DNA of 62,918 nucleotides from positions 1 through 62,918 of the forward strand of contig CAWCMR010000016.1 in NCBI GenBank assembly GCA_963796685.1, read 5' to 3'. Positions 1 through 10,741 of the stretch are shown piece after piece. Made by a program: the position numbers and the translations under genes. The notes beneath the pieces were generated by a model. The model saw only the letters and a list, made by a program, of their open reading frames with translations. It was not told the origin of the DNA and searched no databases. The DNA comes from an uncultured delta proteobacterium. GTDB taxonomy: Bacteria > Myxococcota_A > Polyangia > Fen-1088. The stretch's first letter is position 1. Each line of letters begins with the position of its first letter.

Positions 1-25
1 TCTCCCCGCTTCGCGGGGCGAGGTG
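1..25. repeat. REP-like palindromic element (partial, cut by window edge)
   Basis: tctccccgcttcgcggggcgaggtg hairpin; near-identical to 41271-41295 and related (reverse complement) to 4053-4103. Confidence 0.7.
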
Positions 26-67
26 AACCTTCCGAGTACTTCGCAAGCTCTCGATTCTGCACAGCAT

Positions 68-93
68 TCAACCCGTTCGGTGCTCTAGGACAC
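68..93. repeat. 26-bp direct repeat copy 1 (att-like site or MITE/IS terminus)
   Basis: tcaacccgttcggtgctcta (68-87) is identical to 42865-42884; 25/26 identity over 68-93 vs 42865-42890. Confidence 0.75.
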
Positions 94-181
94 CGCGCCA
101 GCGTCAACCTCGCTCGCTGGAAGCGACTCGCGGGATTCCCGTTCCCGTCGAGCAGCACGGCGAGTAACATCTTCACCGGCC

Positions 182-3100
182 GTGGCAGACGTATCGAAAC
201 GTAGCGTTCTCTCGGTCCTGATCAAGGGACGGTTGGAAGATCTCGGGCGAAACTTTGGCGTTTCTGTCCCAACCACGGGGACAAAGGATGCCCAGGTGGC
301 CGTCCTGGCGGATTCGCCACTGGACTTGCCGAGCATCCTTGGGCGGCTAAGGCGGGATGAGTTGCGGTCGGCCTGTCGTGCGCACGGGCTGGATGCCACG
401 GGGCGTGGACGCGGCGACCTGATGGCGCGATTGGCCGGACCGGGACTGGCCACGGGAGCGCGCGAAGGTGAGCCAGCGTGGCAGCGCTTGCACCAGGCTG
501 ACGGCCTGCCGCGCGAGGGCCAGATCGTGCAAGTCCGGCACCGGCAGTATTTGGTCACCGGGGTCACCACACCAGAGCTCGGCGAAGACAGGTCAGGACA
601 AACCCTGGTCAGCCTGGTCTGTCTCGACGACGATGCAGCTGGGCGGCGGCTCGAAGTCCTGTGGGAGCGGGAGCTGGGCGCGCGAGTATTCACGCCCGAG
701 GAACGTGGGCTTGGCGACCGGCTCGATCCGCCACGCCAGTTCGCCGCCTACCTGCATGCCTTGAAGTGGGGCTGCGTGACCGCCACGGATGCGCGGCTTT
801 TTCAGGCGCCGTTTCGCGCGGGGGTGAAGGTTCTCGACCACCAGATGGTACCGCTTCGTAAGGCGCTGGAATTGCCGCGCGTGAATCTCTTCCTGGCCGA
901 CGACGTCGGCTTGGGCAAGACCATCGAGGCGGGGCTCATCTTGCAGGAGCTGATTCTGCGCCAGCGCGTGGATCAGGCGTTGATCATCTGCCCGGCAGCC
1001 TTGGCCTTGCAGTGGCGAGCCGAGATGGAGAAGCGGTTCGGCATCCGTTTCGAGATCTACAACCGCGACTTCGTGGTGCGCCGCCGCGAGGAGCGCGGCT
1101 TCGGCGTGAATCCCTGGACCACTTTTCCACGCTTCATCATCTCGTACCAGACCCTGCGCCGGCCCGAGTATCGAGAGCCCCTCCTGCGTCACTTGGATCA
1201 GCGCGCGCCCAAGAGCCTGCTCATCATGGACGAGGCGCACACGGCGGCGCCCGCGTCGGCATCGAAGTACGCGGTCGATTCTAACGTCACCCATGTCGTG
1301 CGCGAGGTGGCGCCCAAGTTCGAGCATCGCCTATTCCTCTCGGCCACCCCGCACAACGGCCACTCGAACAGTTTCTCGTCGCTCCTGGAAATCCTCGATC
1401 CGCAGCGATTCACTCGCGGCGTGCCTGTCTCCGGTCCCAAGCAACTCGAACCGGTGATGGTCCGGCGCCTGAAGGGCGAGTTGCGCGAGCTGGGCATCGA
1501 GGGCTATCCGTTGCGGCGGGTGATTCAGATAGACCTCACGCACGGGCCGGGTGGCTGGCAGCAACGCCACATTGTCGACGGCCGCGGGACAGCGCCGGGT
1601 GCGGTCGGAGAGGGCTCCGACGCCGAGATCGAGCTTTCCGCTCTCCTAGCCCAGTATTCATCCCTGCTAAAACAGAAGAACCGCCGCAGCAGGTTGGTGA
1701 TCGCCAATCTGCAAAAGCGGTTGCTCTCCAGCATCGAGGCTTTCGCCCGCACCCTGGCCGTTCACGCCAAGAGCGTTGGCACCCGCGCGGACAAGGCAAC
1801 CGCGACCGGCCCTACGCCAGACGACAGCGAATACGGTGAGGACGAGGCGACCTCGGACGAGCGCTTCGACGCGCAGATGTTCATGTTCTCCGGCGCCCTC
1901 GCGGCCCCTAGCACCGACGCGCGCGCCTTGCTGGAACGCATGACCGGCCTGGCGGAACAGAACCGCCGCGCGCCCGGCCCCAAGGTGCTGGCCCTGCTCG
2001 ACTGGATTCGCCGCAACCAGTGTCCGGCAGTCCAGCTTGGTGGAGCGGCTCGCGCTCGCGTGCCAGCGCCGTGGACCGACCGGCGGGTCATCGTCTTCAC
2101 CGAGTATGCGGACACCAAACGCTATCTCGCCACCATCCTGCGCGCTGCTTTCGACGGCACGGCCGACGGCGATCTGCGCCTGATGGAATTCCACGGCGGC
2201 ATGTCCGACCGCCAGCGCGAAGAGGTCCAGCGCGCGTTCAACGGGCCGCCGGAGCAGTATCCCGTGCGAATCCTGCTCGCCACCGACGCAGCTCGCGAGG
2301 GCGTGAACCTGCAGGGTTACTGCGCGGACATCTTCCACTTCGATGTGCCTTGGAACCCCGCCCGGCTTGAACAGCGCAACGGCCGCGTGGATCGAACCCT
2401 GCAACGGGAGAAGGAAGTTCGCTGCCACTACTTCGTCTACCCGCAGCGAGCTGAGGACCACGTGCTGCAAGTCCTGATCGAAAAGGTCGAGCGCATCCGC
2501 CGCGACCTGGGCACCCTGGGCGAGGTCGTCGCCGAACGCCTGGCCGAGGTGCTGGAAGAGGGCATCGGCCCCAACACGGAAGCCCGCCTGGACGAGGCCG
2601 AGCGCATCGACGATCTGAAGACCAGCGCAACCCGCGACCTTGAATCCGTACACGCCGTCCAGAAGGCCCGCGAGGACATCGACCTCGTGGCCAACATCCT
2701 GAACGACTCGCGCAAGGTCATGGACTACGAGCCCGGTCTCCTTCGCGAGGCCATCGACGTGGGTCTCGGCCTCGGCGGCGGGGCCTCGCTCATTCCCACC
2801 GCGACGCCGCACACCTTCAACCTGCCCGAGCTCGGCGACACCTGGCAAACCACCTTGGACGCCTTCCGCCCGCCGCGCGAGCGTGACGAGAGCTTCGATG
2901 AATGGCGCAAGCACCCGCTGCGGCCGGTGACCTTCGTTTCGCCCGAGCACCTGACCGATGAGGTCGTGCAACTTCACCTGCAACATCCCTTCGTCCAGCG
3001 CGTGCTGTCGCGTTTCCGCGCGCAGGGTTGGGCGGCGCACGACCTCGGCCGCGTGACCGTTCTGCGCAACCAGAGGGACTCCCTCGTTCGCGTCATCGGC

Positions 3101-3688
3101 ATTGGCCGACTATCGCTGTTCGGCCCGGGCGCCACCAGGCTGCACGAAGAAATGATCCTGGTCGCCGCCCACTGGCTCGACAATCGGGCCGACGGCCGCC
3201 TCAAACCGTTCGCCGAGGAGGCCGACCGCAAGGCCATCGCCGATCTGGAACGCCTTCTCGCCGAGGCCCCCCAGCAGCCCGAGATCAGCGACACCGTCCA
3301 GCGCCGCCTGCAGCAGGCCGCGTCCGCGGATTTCAGCGATCTTTGGCAGCACATCCAGGCCGAAGGCGAGAGCCGCGAGCACGACGCCGCCGAGAAGCTA
3401 CGCCTCCGAGCCCGCACCGAGTCCGACGCCCTGAAGAAGATCCTCACCGACCAGCGCGACGCCATCAAACAGACCCTGCAAGGGCAACAACTTTCCTTCG
3501 GCTTCACCGAGGCTGACAAGATCCAGCGCATCCAATTCGAGCAAGACCGCAAGCACATGAGCGCCCGCCTCGATCAGATCGACCGCGAGATCCAAACCGA
3601 GCCCCGAGAAATCGAAGCGCTCTACCAGGTCGTCCTCAGGCGTCTTGAACCCGTCGGCCTCGTTTACCTGTGGCCCGCAACGAGATGA
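182..3688 (+). CDS. drmD: DISARM SNF2-like helicase DrmD, with N-terminal SAP-like extension
   Basis: SF2/SNF2 motifs ADDVGLGKTIEAG, DEAH, LSATPHNG, TDAAREGVNLQ, PWNPARLEQRNGRVDR; directly upstream of an adenine MTase and in the same locus as drmABC. Confidence 0.9.
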   Translation: MADVSKRSVLSVLIKGRLEDLGRNFGVSVPTTGTKDAQVAVLADSPLDLPSILGRLRRDELRSACRAHGLDATGRGRGDLMARLAGPGLATGAREGEPAWQRLHQADGLPREGQIVQVRHRQYLVTGVTTPELGEDRSGQTLVSLVCLDDDAAGRRLEVLWERELGARVFTPEERGLGDRLDPPRQFAAYLHALKWGCVTATDARLFQAPFRAGVKVLDHQMVPLRKALELPRVNLFLADDVGLGKTIEAGLILQELILRQRVDQALIICPAALALQWRAEMEKRFGIRFEIYNRDFVVRRREERGFGVNPWTTFPRFIISYQTLRRPEYREPLLRHLDQRAPKSLLIMDEAHTAAPASASKYAVDSNVTHVVREVAPKFEHRLFLSATPHNGHSNSFSSLLEILDPQRFTRGVPVSGPKQLEPVMVRRLKGELRELGIEGYPLRRVIQIDLTHGPGGWQQRHIVDGRGTAPGAVGEGSDAEIELSALLAQYSSLLKQKNRRSRLVIANLQKRLLSSIEAFARTLAVHAKSVGTRADKATATGPTPDDSEYGEDEATSDERFDAQMFMFSGALAAPSTDARALLERMTGLAEQNRRAPGPKVLALLDWIRRNQCPAVQLGGAARARVPAPWTDRRVIVFTEYADTKRYLATILRAAFDGTADGDLRLMEFHGGMSDRQREEVQRAFNGPPEQYPVRILLATDAAREGVNLQGYCADIFHFDVPWNPARLEQRNGRVDRTLQREKEVRCHYFVYPQRAEDHVLQVLIEKVERIRRDLGTLGEVVAERLAEVLEEGIGPNTEARLDEAERIDDLKTSATRDLESVHAVQKAREDIDLVANILNDSRKVMDYEPGLLREAIDVGLGLGGGASLIPTATPHTFNLPELGDTWQTTLDAFRPPRERDESFDEWRKHPLRPVTFVSPEHLTDEVVQLHLQHPFVQRVLSRFRAQGWAAHDLGRVTVLRNQRDSLVRVIGIGRLSLFGPGATRLHEEMILVAAHWLDNRADGRLKPFAEEADRKAIADLERLLAEAPQQPEISDTVQRRLQQAASADFSDLWQHIQAEGESREHDAAEKLRLRARTESDALKKILTDQRDAIKQTLQGQQLSFGFTEADKIQRIQFEQDRKHMSARLDQIDREIQTEPREIEALYQVVLRRLEPVGLVYLWPATR

Positions 3689-3691
3689 CCC

Positions 3692-6600
3692 ATGTCCGAC
3701 ATCGAGATTGATTTTCACAAGACCTGGCTCGGCTTCGTTCAGCCGGTCGAGGGCCTGGTTTTCTCGATCCCGGTCCTGCTCGACGCCGGTTGCATGGAGC
3801 GCAAGCCCGTCGCCCTCCAGCAACGCCTGCGCGAGCTCGCCCCCGCCGTCAGCGACGACCCCGGCGCCGCCCGCCAGCTCGCCGACCTCGACCGATTTCT
3901 CACCGACATCCTCGACCTGCCCCCCGACCTCTTCGACCGCGCCGACGCCCTTCCCCCCGACCTATCCCTCTACGTCCCCGAAGGCCGCCAAGACCTCCGC
4001 CCCACCCTCGCCCTGCGAAAGCAGCCCCAAACCGAATCCCCCGACCAAGGGTCCCCTCGCCCCGCAAGCGAAGCGCAGCGGGGAGAGGGACAGGGTGAGG
4101 GGGATCTCCTCCCCGACGACACCACCCCCGCCAGCCGCGCCGGTGCCGCCTACGAAATGCTCATCTGGTCCCTCCCCCCCGGTCTCGACCTCGACAAGCC
4201 CGAGATCGCCACCGGCCCCTGGGAATACGCGCCCGCGGCCAAGCTCGATCGCCTCCTGCGCGCCACTCGCGTGCCCATCGGGCTGCTGACCAACCATCAA
4301 TGCCTCCGCCTCATCTACGCCCCGCACGGCGAGGCGACCGGCTCCATCACCTTCTCGCTCGCCACCATGGCCGACGCCGGCGGGCGGCCAGTGCTCGACG
4401 CCTTCGCTACCCTGCTCTCCGCCGGCCGATTCTTTGCCGTTTCCCCCGAACGCCAGCTTCCCCAGATCCTGCGCGACAGCCGCCGCCGCCAGGCCAACGT
4501 CACCAACCAGCTTGCCGACCAGGTCCGCCAGGCCCTGGAATTCCTACTGCGCGGTTTCGAGTCCGCCGCCGACCGCGACAAAACCGGCACCCTCGACGAG
4601 GCCCTGGCCCGCGACGACGACCACGTCTACGGCGGCCTACTGACCGTCCTTCTGCGCCTGGTGTTTCTCCTCTACGCCGAGGATCGCGAGCTTCTGCCCA
4701 TCGGCGACAGCCGCTATTCCCGCCACTATTCGGTGCTGGGCTTGTTCGAGCAGTTGCAAGACGACCACGCCAACTTCCCCGACACCATGGTGCGCCGGTT
4801 CGGCGCCTGGCCGCGCCTGCTGGCCCTGTTCCGCATCGTGTTCGAAGGCGCGCAGCACGGACCCCTGGTCTTGCCCGCCCGCCGCGGCGACCTGTTCGAC
4901 CCCGCCCGCTACCCCTTCCTGGAAGGCTGGCCCGCGACCGGCGGCGCCCCCGTCGACACCGTGGCCCGCGCCAGCGTGCAGGTGCCCAGCGTCGACGACG
5001 AATCGATCTACCGCGTGCTCGAGAAGCTGCTCTACCTCGACCACCAGCGCCTGTCCTATCGCGCCCTCGACGTCGAGCAGATCGGCAGCGTGTACGAGGC
5101 CCTGATGGGCTTCCACGTCGTGCGCGTCCCCTCGCGCGCGGTGTGCGTGCGCGGCCCGCGCGTCTGGGTGCCTGTGACCGACCTGCTGGAAGTCGCGCCC
5201 GATCGCCGCGCCGCCTGGCTGGAGGACGAGGCCGGCGTCGAAAAGAGCGCCCTCAAGAAGGCCGGCGCCGACATCAAGGCCGCCAAGACCGAGGACGAGC
5301 TGCATCGCCGCCCTGCAAACCATCCAGGCCCGCGACACCGAGGTGGCGCGCCCGCTGCAAATCGTCCTGCAACCCGGTGTCGAGCGCCGCCGCACCAGCT
5401 CGCACTACACCCCGCGCTCGCTGTCCGAGCCCATCGTGCGGCGAACCCTAGAGCCGCTCATCGGCGCCATGACTCAAGTAGACGGCACCCCTCCCTCCGA
5501 GCGCCTACTCGACCTCAAGATCTGCGACCCGGCCATGGGCTCGGGCGCGTTCCTGGTGGCCGCTTGCCGCTTCTTGGCCGACCAGGTGGTGGCCGCGTGG
5601 ACGCGCGAGGGCCGCATGGAGGCCGTTGCCTCCGCCACCGAGGACGTCGTGACGCAAGCCCGCCGCCTGGTCGCCCAGCGCTGCCTGTACGGCGTAGACA
5701 AGAACCCCTTCGCCGTCAGTCTGGCCAAGCTGTCCCTGTGGCTGGTGACCCTGGCCAAGGACGAGCCCTTCACCTTCGTCGACCACGCCCTTCGCCACGG
5801 CGACTCGCTGGTCGGCCTGTCGCTCGATCAAATCCGAGCCTTCCACTGGAAACCCGAAAGCCAGCTTGAGCTGGTGGGCAAAGAGATCGAGACCGCCATC
5901 GACGAGGCCCTGGCCCTGCGCCTACGCATTCTCGACTTGGCACGCGACCACGGCAGCGCCATCACACGCGAGAAAGAGCGCCTGCTCTGGGACGCCGAGG
6001 ACGCCCTCGACCGCGTGCGCGTGATCGCGGATCTGGTCGTGGGCGCGTTCTTCGTCGCGGACGGCGACAAGGCCCGACAGGCCGAGCGCAACCGCCGTAT
6101 GGATCTCGTCACCACCTGGCTGCGCGATGGTGGCCCCGTTCCCGCCGAGCTGCGCGACCTGTGCGACGAGCTTCGCCAAGATGGCGAGGGACGCAAGGGC
6201 CTCCCGCCCTTTCACTGGATGATCGAATACCCCGAGGTCTTCTACGGTGAGCGCCCCGATCCCCTGGACAAGGATCACGTGAATCGAGCGGCGTGGATGG
6301 ATGCGTTTGTGGGGAATCCACCGTTTGCCGGCAAGAACGGCATCAGTGCCGCTGGCGGCGATGCGTACCTTCCCTGGCTACAACAGATCCACCCAGGCAG
6401 CCACGGCAACGCCGACCTCTGCGCGCACTTCTTCCGCCGCGCCGACTTCCTGTTAGGCGAGCACGGCACTATCGGCCTCATTGCCACGAACACCATTGCT
6501 CAGGGCGATACCCGCAGCACCGGCTTGCAGAACATAGTCAACGGCGGTAGCGCCATCTACGACGCCGTCCGCAGTATGAAATGGCCTGGTGAGGCCAACG

Positions 6601-7778
6601 TCTCCGTATCCGTTGTCCACATGGCCAAGGGCCACCTGGCCAGTGTCTCCGGTTTGCGGCGGCGGCTGGACGGGATCGAGGTCGCGGCGATCAACTCGCG
6701 CCTGCGGCCCAAGCCCGAGCGACCTGACCCGCATCCTCTCGCCGAGAACGCGGGCCTGAGCTTTGTCGGGAGCTACGTCCTTGGAATGGGCTTCATCCTT
6801 ACGCCCGATGAGCGGGACGCACTGATTCGCAAGAACAAGCGCAATGCCGAGCGGATCTTTCTTTACGTCGGTGGCGAGGATCTAAATACCAGTCCAACGC
6901 TGTCCAGTGATCGGTACGTGATCAACTTTGGCGACCTGCCGCTGGCGGAGGCAGAGAAGTGGCCGGACCTGGTCGCAATTCTGCGACAAAAAGTCAAACC
7001 GGAACGGGACAGGAACAACCGGAAGGCATATCGAGACTACTGGTGGCATTTCGGAGAAAAACGGCCGGAACTCTACGAAACGCTCAAGGGCAGAACGCGG
7101 TGCCTGGTAACATCGGGCATCAGCAAGCATCGCATTTTCGCGTTGTCGCCGACGGACCGAATCTTTAGCCACAACGTCTACGTTTTCCCGCTGGATGCGA
7201 ACACGCATTTCGCGGTTCTCCAGTCGCGCGCGCACATTGCGTGGACATCTCTTCTAGCTTCCGGGTTAGAGGACCGAGGTGGCTACCGTCCTTCCGACTG
7301 CTTCGACACCTTCCCATTCCCCGCCGCCGAGACCCTGACCCCCACCGGCGACCTCGAAGCCATCGGCACCCGTCTCTACGAAACCCGCGCCCACCTGATG
7401 GTCGAGCGCAACCAGGGCCTGACGACCAGCTACAACCAGCTCAAAGACCCCGCCTGCGACGACCCCGAGATCCTCGCCCTCCGCCGCCTCCACGAAGACC
7501 TCGACCGGGCAGTCCTCGCCGCCTACCACTGGTCCGACATCCCCGTCCCCCCATTCGAAACACCCACCACCCCCGCAGCCCGCACCGCCCAAGAATCCTT
7601 CGAAGACGAAATTATAGACCGCCTCTTCGCCCTCAACGCCGACCGGGCAGAAAAGGAACGTCTGCAAGGCGCCGGGGTTCGGCCCGCCTCAAAGTCTCGC
7701 AAATCGTCGAAAGCCCACGGAGGCGATGTACAGCTCAGTTTCGATTCGGAGCCGACGAGCAGGAAGGGCAAGCGATGA
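3692..7778 (+). CDS. drmMI: DISARM class I N6-adenine DNA methyltransferase DrmMI (Type IIG/MmeI-like architecture); +1 frameshift near 5303
   Basis: ORF 3692 joins ORF 5343-7778 if one base is removed at ~5303 (..EDEL-IAALQTIQARDTEVARPL..); IGSVYEAL, HYTPRSL, DPAMGSGAFL (motif I), GNPPF (motif IV), C-terminal target-recognition region. Confidence 0.85.
4053..4103. repeat. REP-like palindromic element inserted in frame inside drmMI
   Basis: cccctcgccccgc..gcggggagaggg..gggtgagggg; reverse complement resembles the intergenic copy at 41239-41295; translated as part of GSPRPASEAQRGEGQGEG. Confidence 0.65.
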
Positions 7779-9154
7779 CCTCCCTCGAAGAAGCCCGTCA
7801 AGCACTCGACCGCGCGGTGGAGGAAATCCGGTCGATCGAGATACCCGATCCCAAGAATCACCGACTTGTCGAGAGAGCAGCAAGAGCGGCTTTCGGTGGG
7901 GTATGCCGACTGATCGCTCTGATCCAGAAGAACCTCCACCTGGCTCGCGCGGCCGAGGAGTCGTCCTCTGACTACCGTCGGGAGGAGGCCCGTCTTCATG
8001 CGGAGGAGCGAAGCGCGCTGCTGCGACTGCGAAGGATCAGGAACGCGATTGTCGCCAAGTGCCAGAGTCTGGATCCATCGGTGCAAGTCACGGACCAGAC
8101 CGACGGCTCCAAGCTGGTCTCTGGGTTTGACGAATTCCTCGAAAAGGGGCTGAAGAAGCTGGGGCAGGATGATTCCTTTTTTTCGAGCGGCAAGCACAAG
8201 GCAACCGAACGACTATGGAATGTACTGGATTATGTAGACGAACATGAACCCCGGCTTGATCGCTGGAAGGAGGGGTGCCGAGCCAGCTCGATGAACCTGG
8301 GGCAGCTTCGTCGCGCTCGACATGTTCTGGACGAGAGCAGCCCCGGCAAGAGGTGGCTGCGGCTTGTCGACGTACCGGTCGCGGCCAACCCTCCCGAAGG
8401 TCCCCAGTTATGGCTGAGCGAATCCAACAGCTGGGAACCTCCGGCGCTGGGTCCGCTCTACAAGCTGGTCCACCACCAGCGATTCCTTGACGAGCCAGAG
8501 TGCAGGAGGGCTTGCGATTGGCTGTCGGACTTGCGAACGAGCCTGCATGCCGTTGCAAGCGACTTCCATGCCCGGCTTGGTCGGCGAGCGTCCATCGCCT
8601 GGATCCTGGAACGTTACGCGCGCCGTTGCCGACGCCTTCGGCGAAACGAATTGAGAGAGATGCTGGAGGAGCTTGCGCCGACCGAGAAACGAGAGCTTGC
8701 ACTGACCCGCGATGCAGCCGTGTTCCTGTTCGACCATGGCTTCGAGGTGCTGACCGAGCAATCTGAGGGAACTCACCGCTATGACATCATTGGAGATCAG
8801 CTTCTTGTCGAAGCTAAGATCTACGATGGCAGGCGTCGCGGTCTGGCTGCCGTCGCGGAAGGGCTATCACAAATCCACCAGTACGCGAACACGCTGGCCG
8901 ACGGAGGAGTACACGTCGAGCCGGTTCTTCTCGTCTTCCGCCTTGGCGGCCCGCGCGCGACGCCAGTGTTGGAGTACAAGATCGGTAACCTCCCCGTAAC
9001 CATCGCTCACGTCGATCTGGGAACAAGCGTCGATAGCGGCAGCAATTCGCCACCACCAGAACCCGACATCACCGAGGCGATCATCGCAGCCAAACTTGCA
9101 CGCATGACGAGTGCTCCTGGAAGAAGAACCAAGAAGGGACATCGAGGCGGGTAG
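7775..9154 (+). CDS. Hypothetical protein with helical N-terminus and C-terminal PD-(D/E)xK restriction-endonuclease-like domain
   Basis: ATG at 7775 overlaps the drmMI stop (ATGA); C-terminal E..(RYD)..LLVEAK..GLSQIHQY fits PD-(D/E)xK plus QxxxY. Confidence 0.65.
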   Translation: MTSLEEARQALDRAVEEIRSIEIPDPKNHRLVERAARAAFGGVCRLIALIQKNLHLARAAEESSSDYRREEARLHAEERSALLRLRRIRNAIVAKCQSLDPSVQVTDQTDGSKLVSGFDEFLEKGLKKLGQDDSFFSSGKHKATERLWNVLDYVDEHEPRLDRWKEGCRASSMNLGQLRRARHVLDESSPGKRWLRLVDVPVAANPPEGPQLWLSESNSWEPPALGPLYKLVHHQRFLDEPECRRACDWLSDLRTSLHAVASDFHARLGRRASIAWILERYARRCRRLRRNELREMLEELAPTEKRELALTRDAAVFLFDHGFEVLTEQSEGTHRYDIIGDQLLVEAKIYDGRRRGLAAVAEGLSQIHQYANTLADGGVHVEPVLLVFRLGGPRATPVLEYKIGNLPVTIAHVDLGTSVDSGSNSPPPEPDITEAIIAAKLARMTSAPGRRTKKGHRGG

Positions 9155-9157
9155 ATC

Positions 9158-9889
9158 ATGGGTACGCTGTTTTCCACCGACATACCAATCGTTCAGGACC
9201 TGACCGATCACGGCGATGTTCCGGTCGTGCACACCGGCTGTGCGGTCTACAGCATCGACAGCGCAGGTAGGCGCTGGGTCCGCAAGCGCGAATCAAACAC
9301 CGGCGTCGAGGAGCTCCTCGCCGAGATGATCGGCTGGCTGCTGGCGCGCAGGTTGCTCGTTCCGGTTCCCGAGGCTGGCGTGTTTGTTGTCGGGAATGAT
9401 CGGTCATGGCTCAGCGCCGAGATTCAAGATGTCCTGCACTGGGATTCGTCGCGGGCTCCCTTCGTGACCAACATGGCCGGGCTGGGTGCCATGATGGCCC
9501 TCGATACGATGATCCTGAATGAGGACCGGCATGCGGGAAACATCCTGCTTCAGCCTTTCCCGGACCAACTTCACCTGAAGGTATGGGCGGTCGACCACGG
9601 AAGCGCCTTGGTAGGTTGGCCGAGCGACTACGTGGCGCGGCGGGGGCAAATCCCTGATCCGCGAAACCTTGCGCCCGGGCTGCCGATGGATCTTGTGCAG
9701 GACGGCGCCATGGAAGCGGCGGAAAAGGCGACTTACCTGGTCTTGCAGGACATACTTGCTCTCGTAAGGGAGGCTTGCACCAACGCCGCGGAGCAGAAGA
9801 TTGACGAAATCGTAAGCGTTTTGGCAGAGCGCTGCGCGAATGCCAGGGCACTTGTCGAGAGCTACCTCAAGCGTATAAGAGGGGGCTGA
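9158..9889 (+). CDS. HipA-like (HipA_2-type) kinase
   Basis: WVRK, LLAEMIGWLLARRLLVPVP, LDTMILNEDRHAGNILL catalytic loop, VDHG metal-binding motif; 243 aa. Confidence 0.8.
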   Translation: MGTLFSTDIPIVQDLTDHGDVPVVHTGCAVYSIDSAGRRWVRKRESNTGVEELLAEMIGWLLARRLLVPVPEAGVFVVGNDRSWLSAEIQDVLHWDSSRAPFVTNMAGLGAMMALDTMILNEDRHAGNILLQPFPDQLHLKVWAVDHGSALVGWPSDYVARRGQIPDPRNLAPGLPMDLVQDGAMEAAEKATYLVLQDILALVREACTNAAEQKIDEIVSVLAERCANARALVESYLKRIRGG

Positions 9890-9891
9890 CC

Positions 9892-10734
9892 ATGATCGCG
9901 AGATACCGAGTTGTCCATTTCGTGCCCGACCCGTTCACCGGGGCGCGAATTCCGCTGGCCGCCATCGTGGCCGGGGGCGGTGGTGTGTCGATAGCGTCAG
10001 CCGGTCACGTTCCCGGGGCCGTGTGCCTGGGCCGACCTTCAACCTATGCGGCGATGCAAATGGTTCTCGAGTCGCTTTCCGCCGTCGAGAGTCTCGATGT
10101 CCTGCCGGTGGCGATCGGCCCCCATGCGGTGCTCGATGTTGAGCGCCAGATTCCCGGTGACGTCGCGGATCCCGTGCGATGGGTCGTCGAGAATGTGCTA
10201 CCGCGAACCGACGAGGCGCAGCCTGCTCGTGCCGCCAAGAGCCATCATCGAGACACGCAAGGGTTCCGCCTTTTTGAAACCTGGAAGGTTTCGCAGTACG
10301 TACATCAGCGATTTCAGCCGGACGAGCATTGGGCAGGCATGCGGGTAGGCGTGCCGCGGAAGCTCGGGTCCATATCGCACTGGGTTGGTGCTTCCAAGGT
10401 GGGCATTCTCCTCATGGAGCCGCTGATCCCGACTCGATCAGGATTCCAACGGGAGCTCGTCGAGGTGTACCAGCGGTTCGCCGGCTATCGTGCCTTTCTC
10501 GACCGGGGCGGCGCACCCGAGGAGGCGAAGCAGCACACCAAGCTATGTGTCTACGTCCTTCCTGGCGGGAAATCAGGGGACCGCAGTAGCGCCCTCGGCG
10601 CGTTCGCCGACGTCGAAGCTGTTACGATCGATACCGAAAGCGATTCAGCCCAAAGATCGTTCGTCGAGGAGATCCGAGCCCTGGGCCGCGCGGCCGAGCC
10701 GCAGACCGACCTATCGGATCCGCAGACGAACTAG
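9892..10734 (+). CDS. DUF3037-like partner of the HipA-like kinase
   Basis: N-terminal YRVVHFVPDPFTGARIPLAAIV resembles the DUF3037 motif; starts 2 nt after the kinase stop, the usual gene order for this pair. Confidence 0.6.
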   Translation: MIARYRVVHFVPDPFTGARIPLAAIVAGGGGVSIASAGHVPGAVCLGRPSTYAAMQMVLESLSAVESLDVLPVAIGPHAVLDVERQIPGDVADPVRWVVENVLPRTDEAQPARAAKSHHRDTQGFRLFETWKVSQYVHQRFQPDEHWAGMRVGVPRKLGSISHWVGASKVGILLMEPLIPTRSGFQRELVEVYQRFAGYRAFLDRGGAPEEAKQHTKLCVYVLPGGKSGDRSSALGAFADVEAVTIDTESDSAQRSFVEEIRALGRAAEPQTDLSDPQTN

Positions 10735-10741
10735 AGACGGG

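Noticed and set aside
7241-7774. N-terminal extension of the 637-aa ORF
   Set aside because: Arg/Pro-rich off-frame overlap with drmMI; ATG 7775 with ATGA coupling is the credible start
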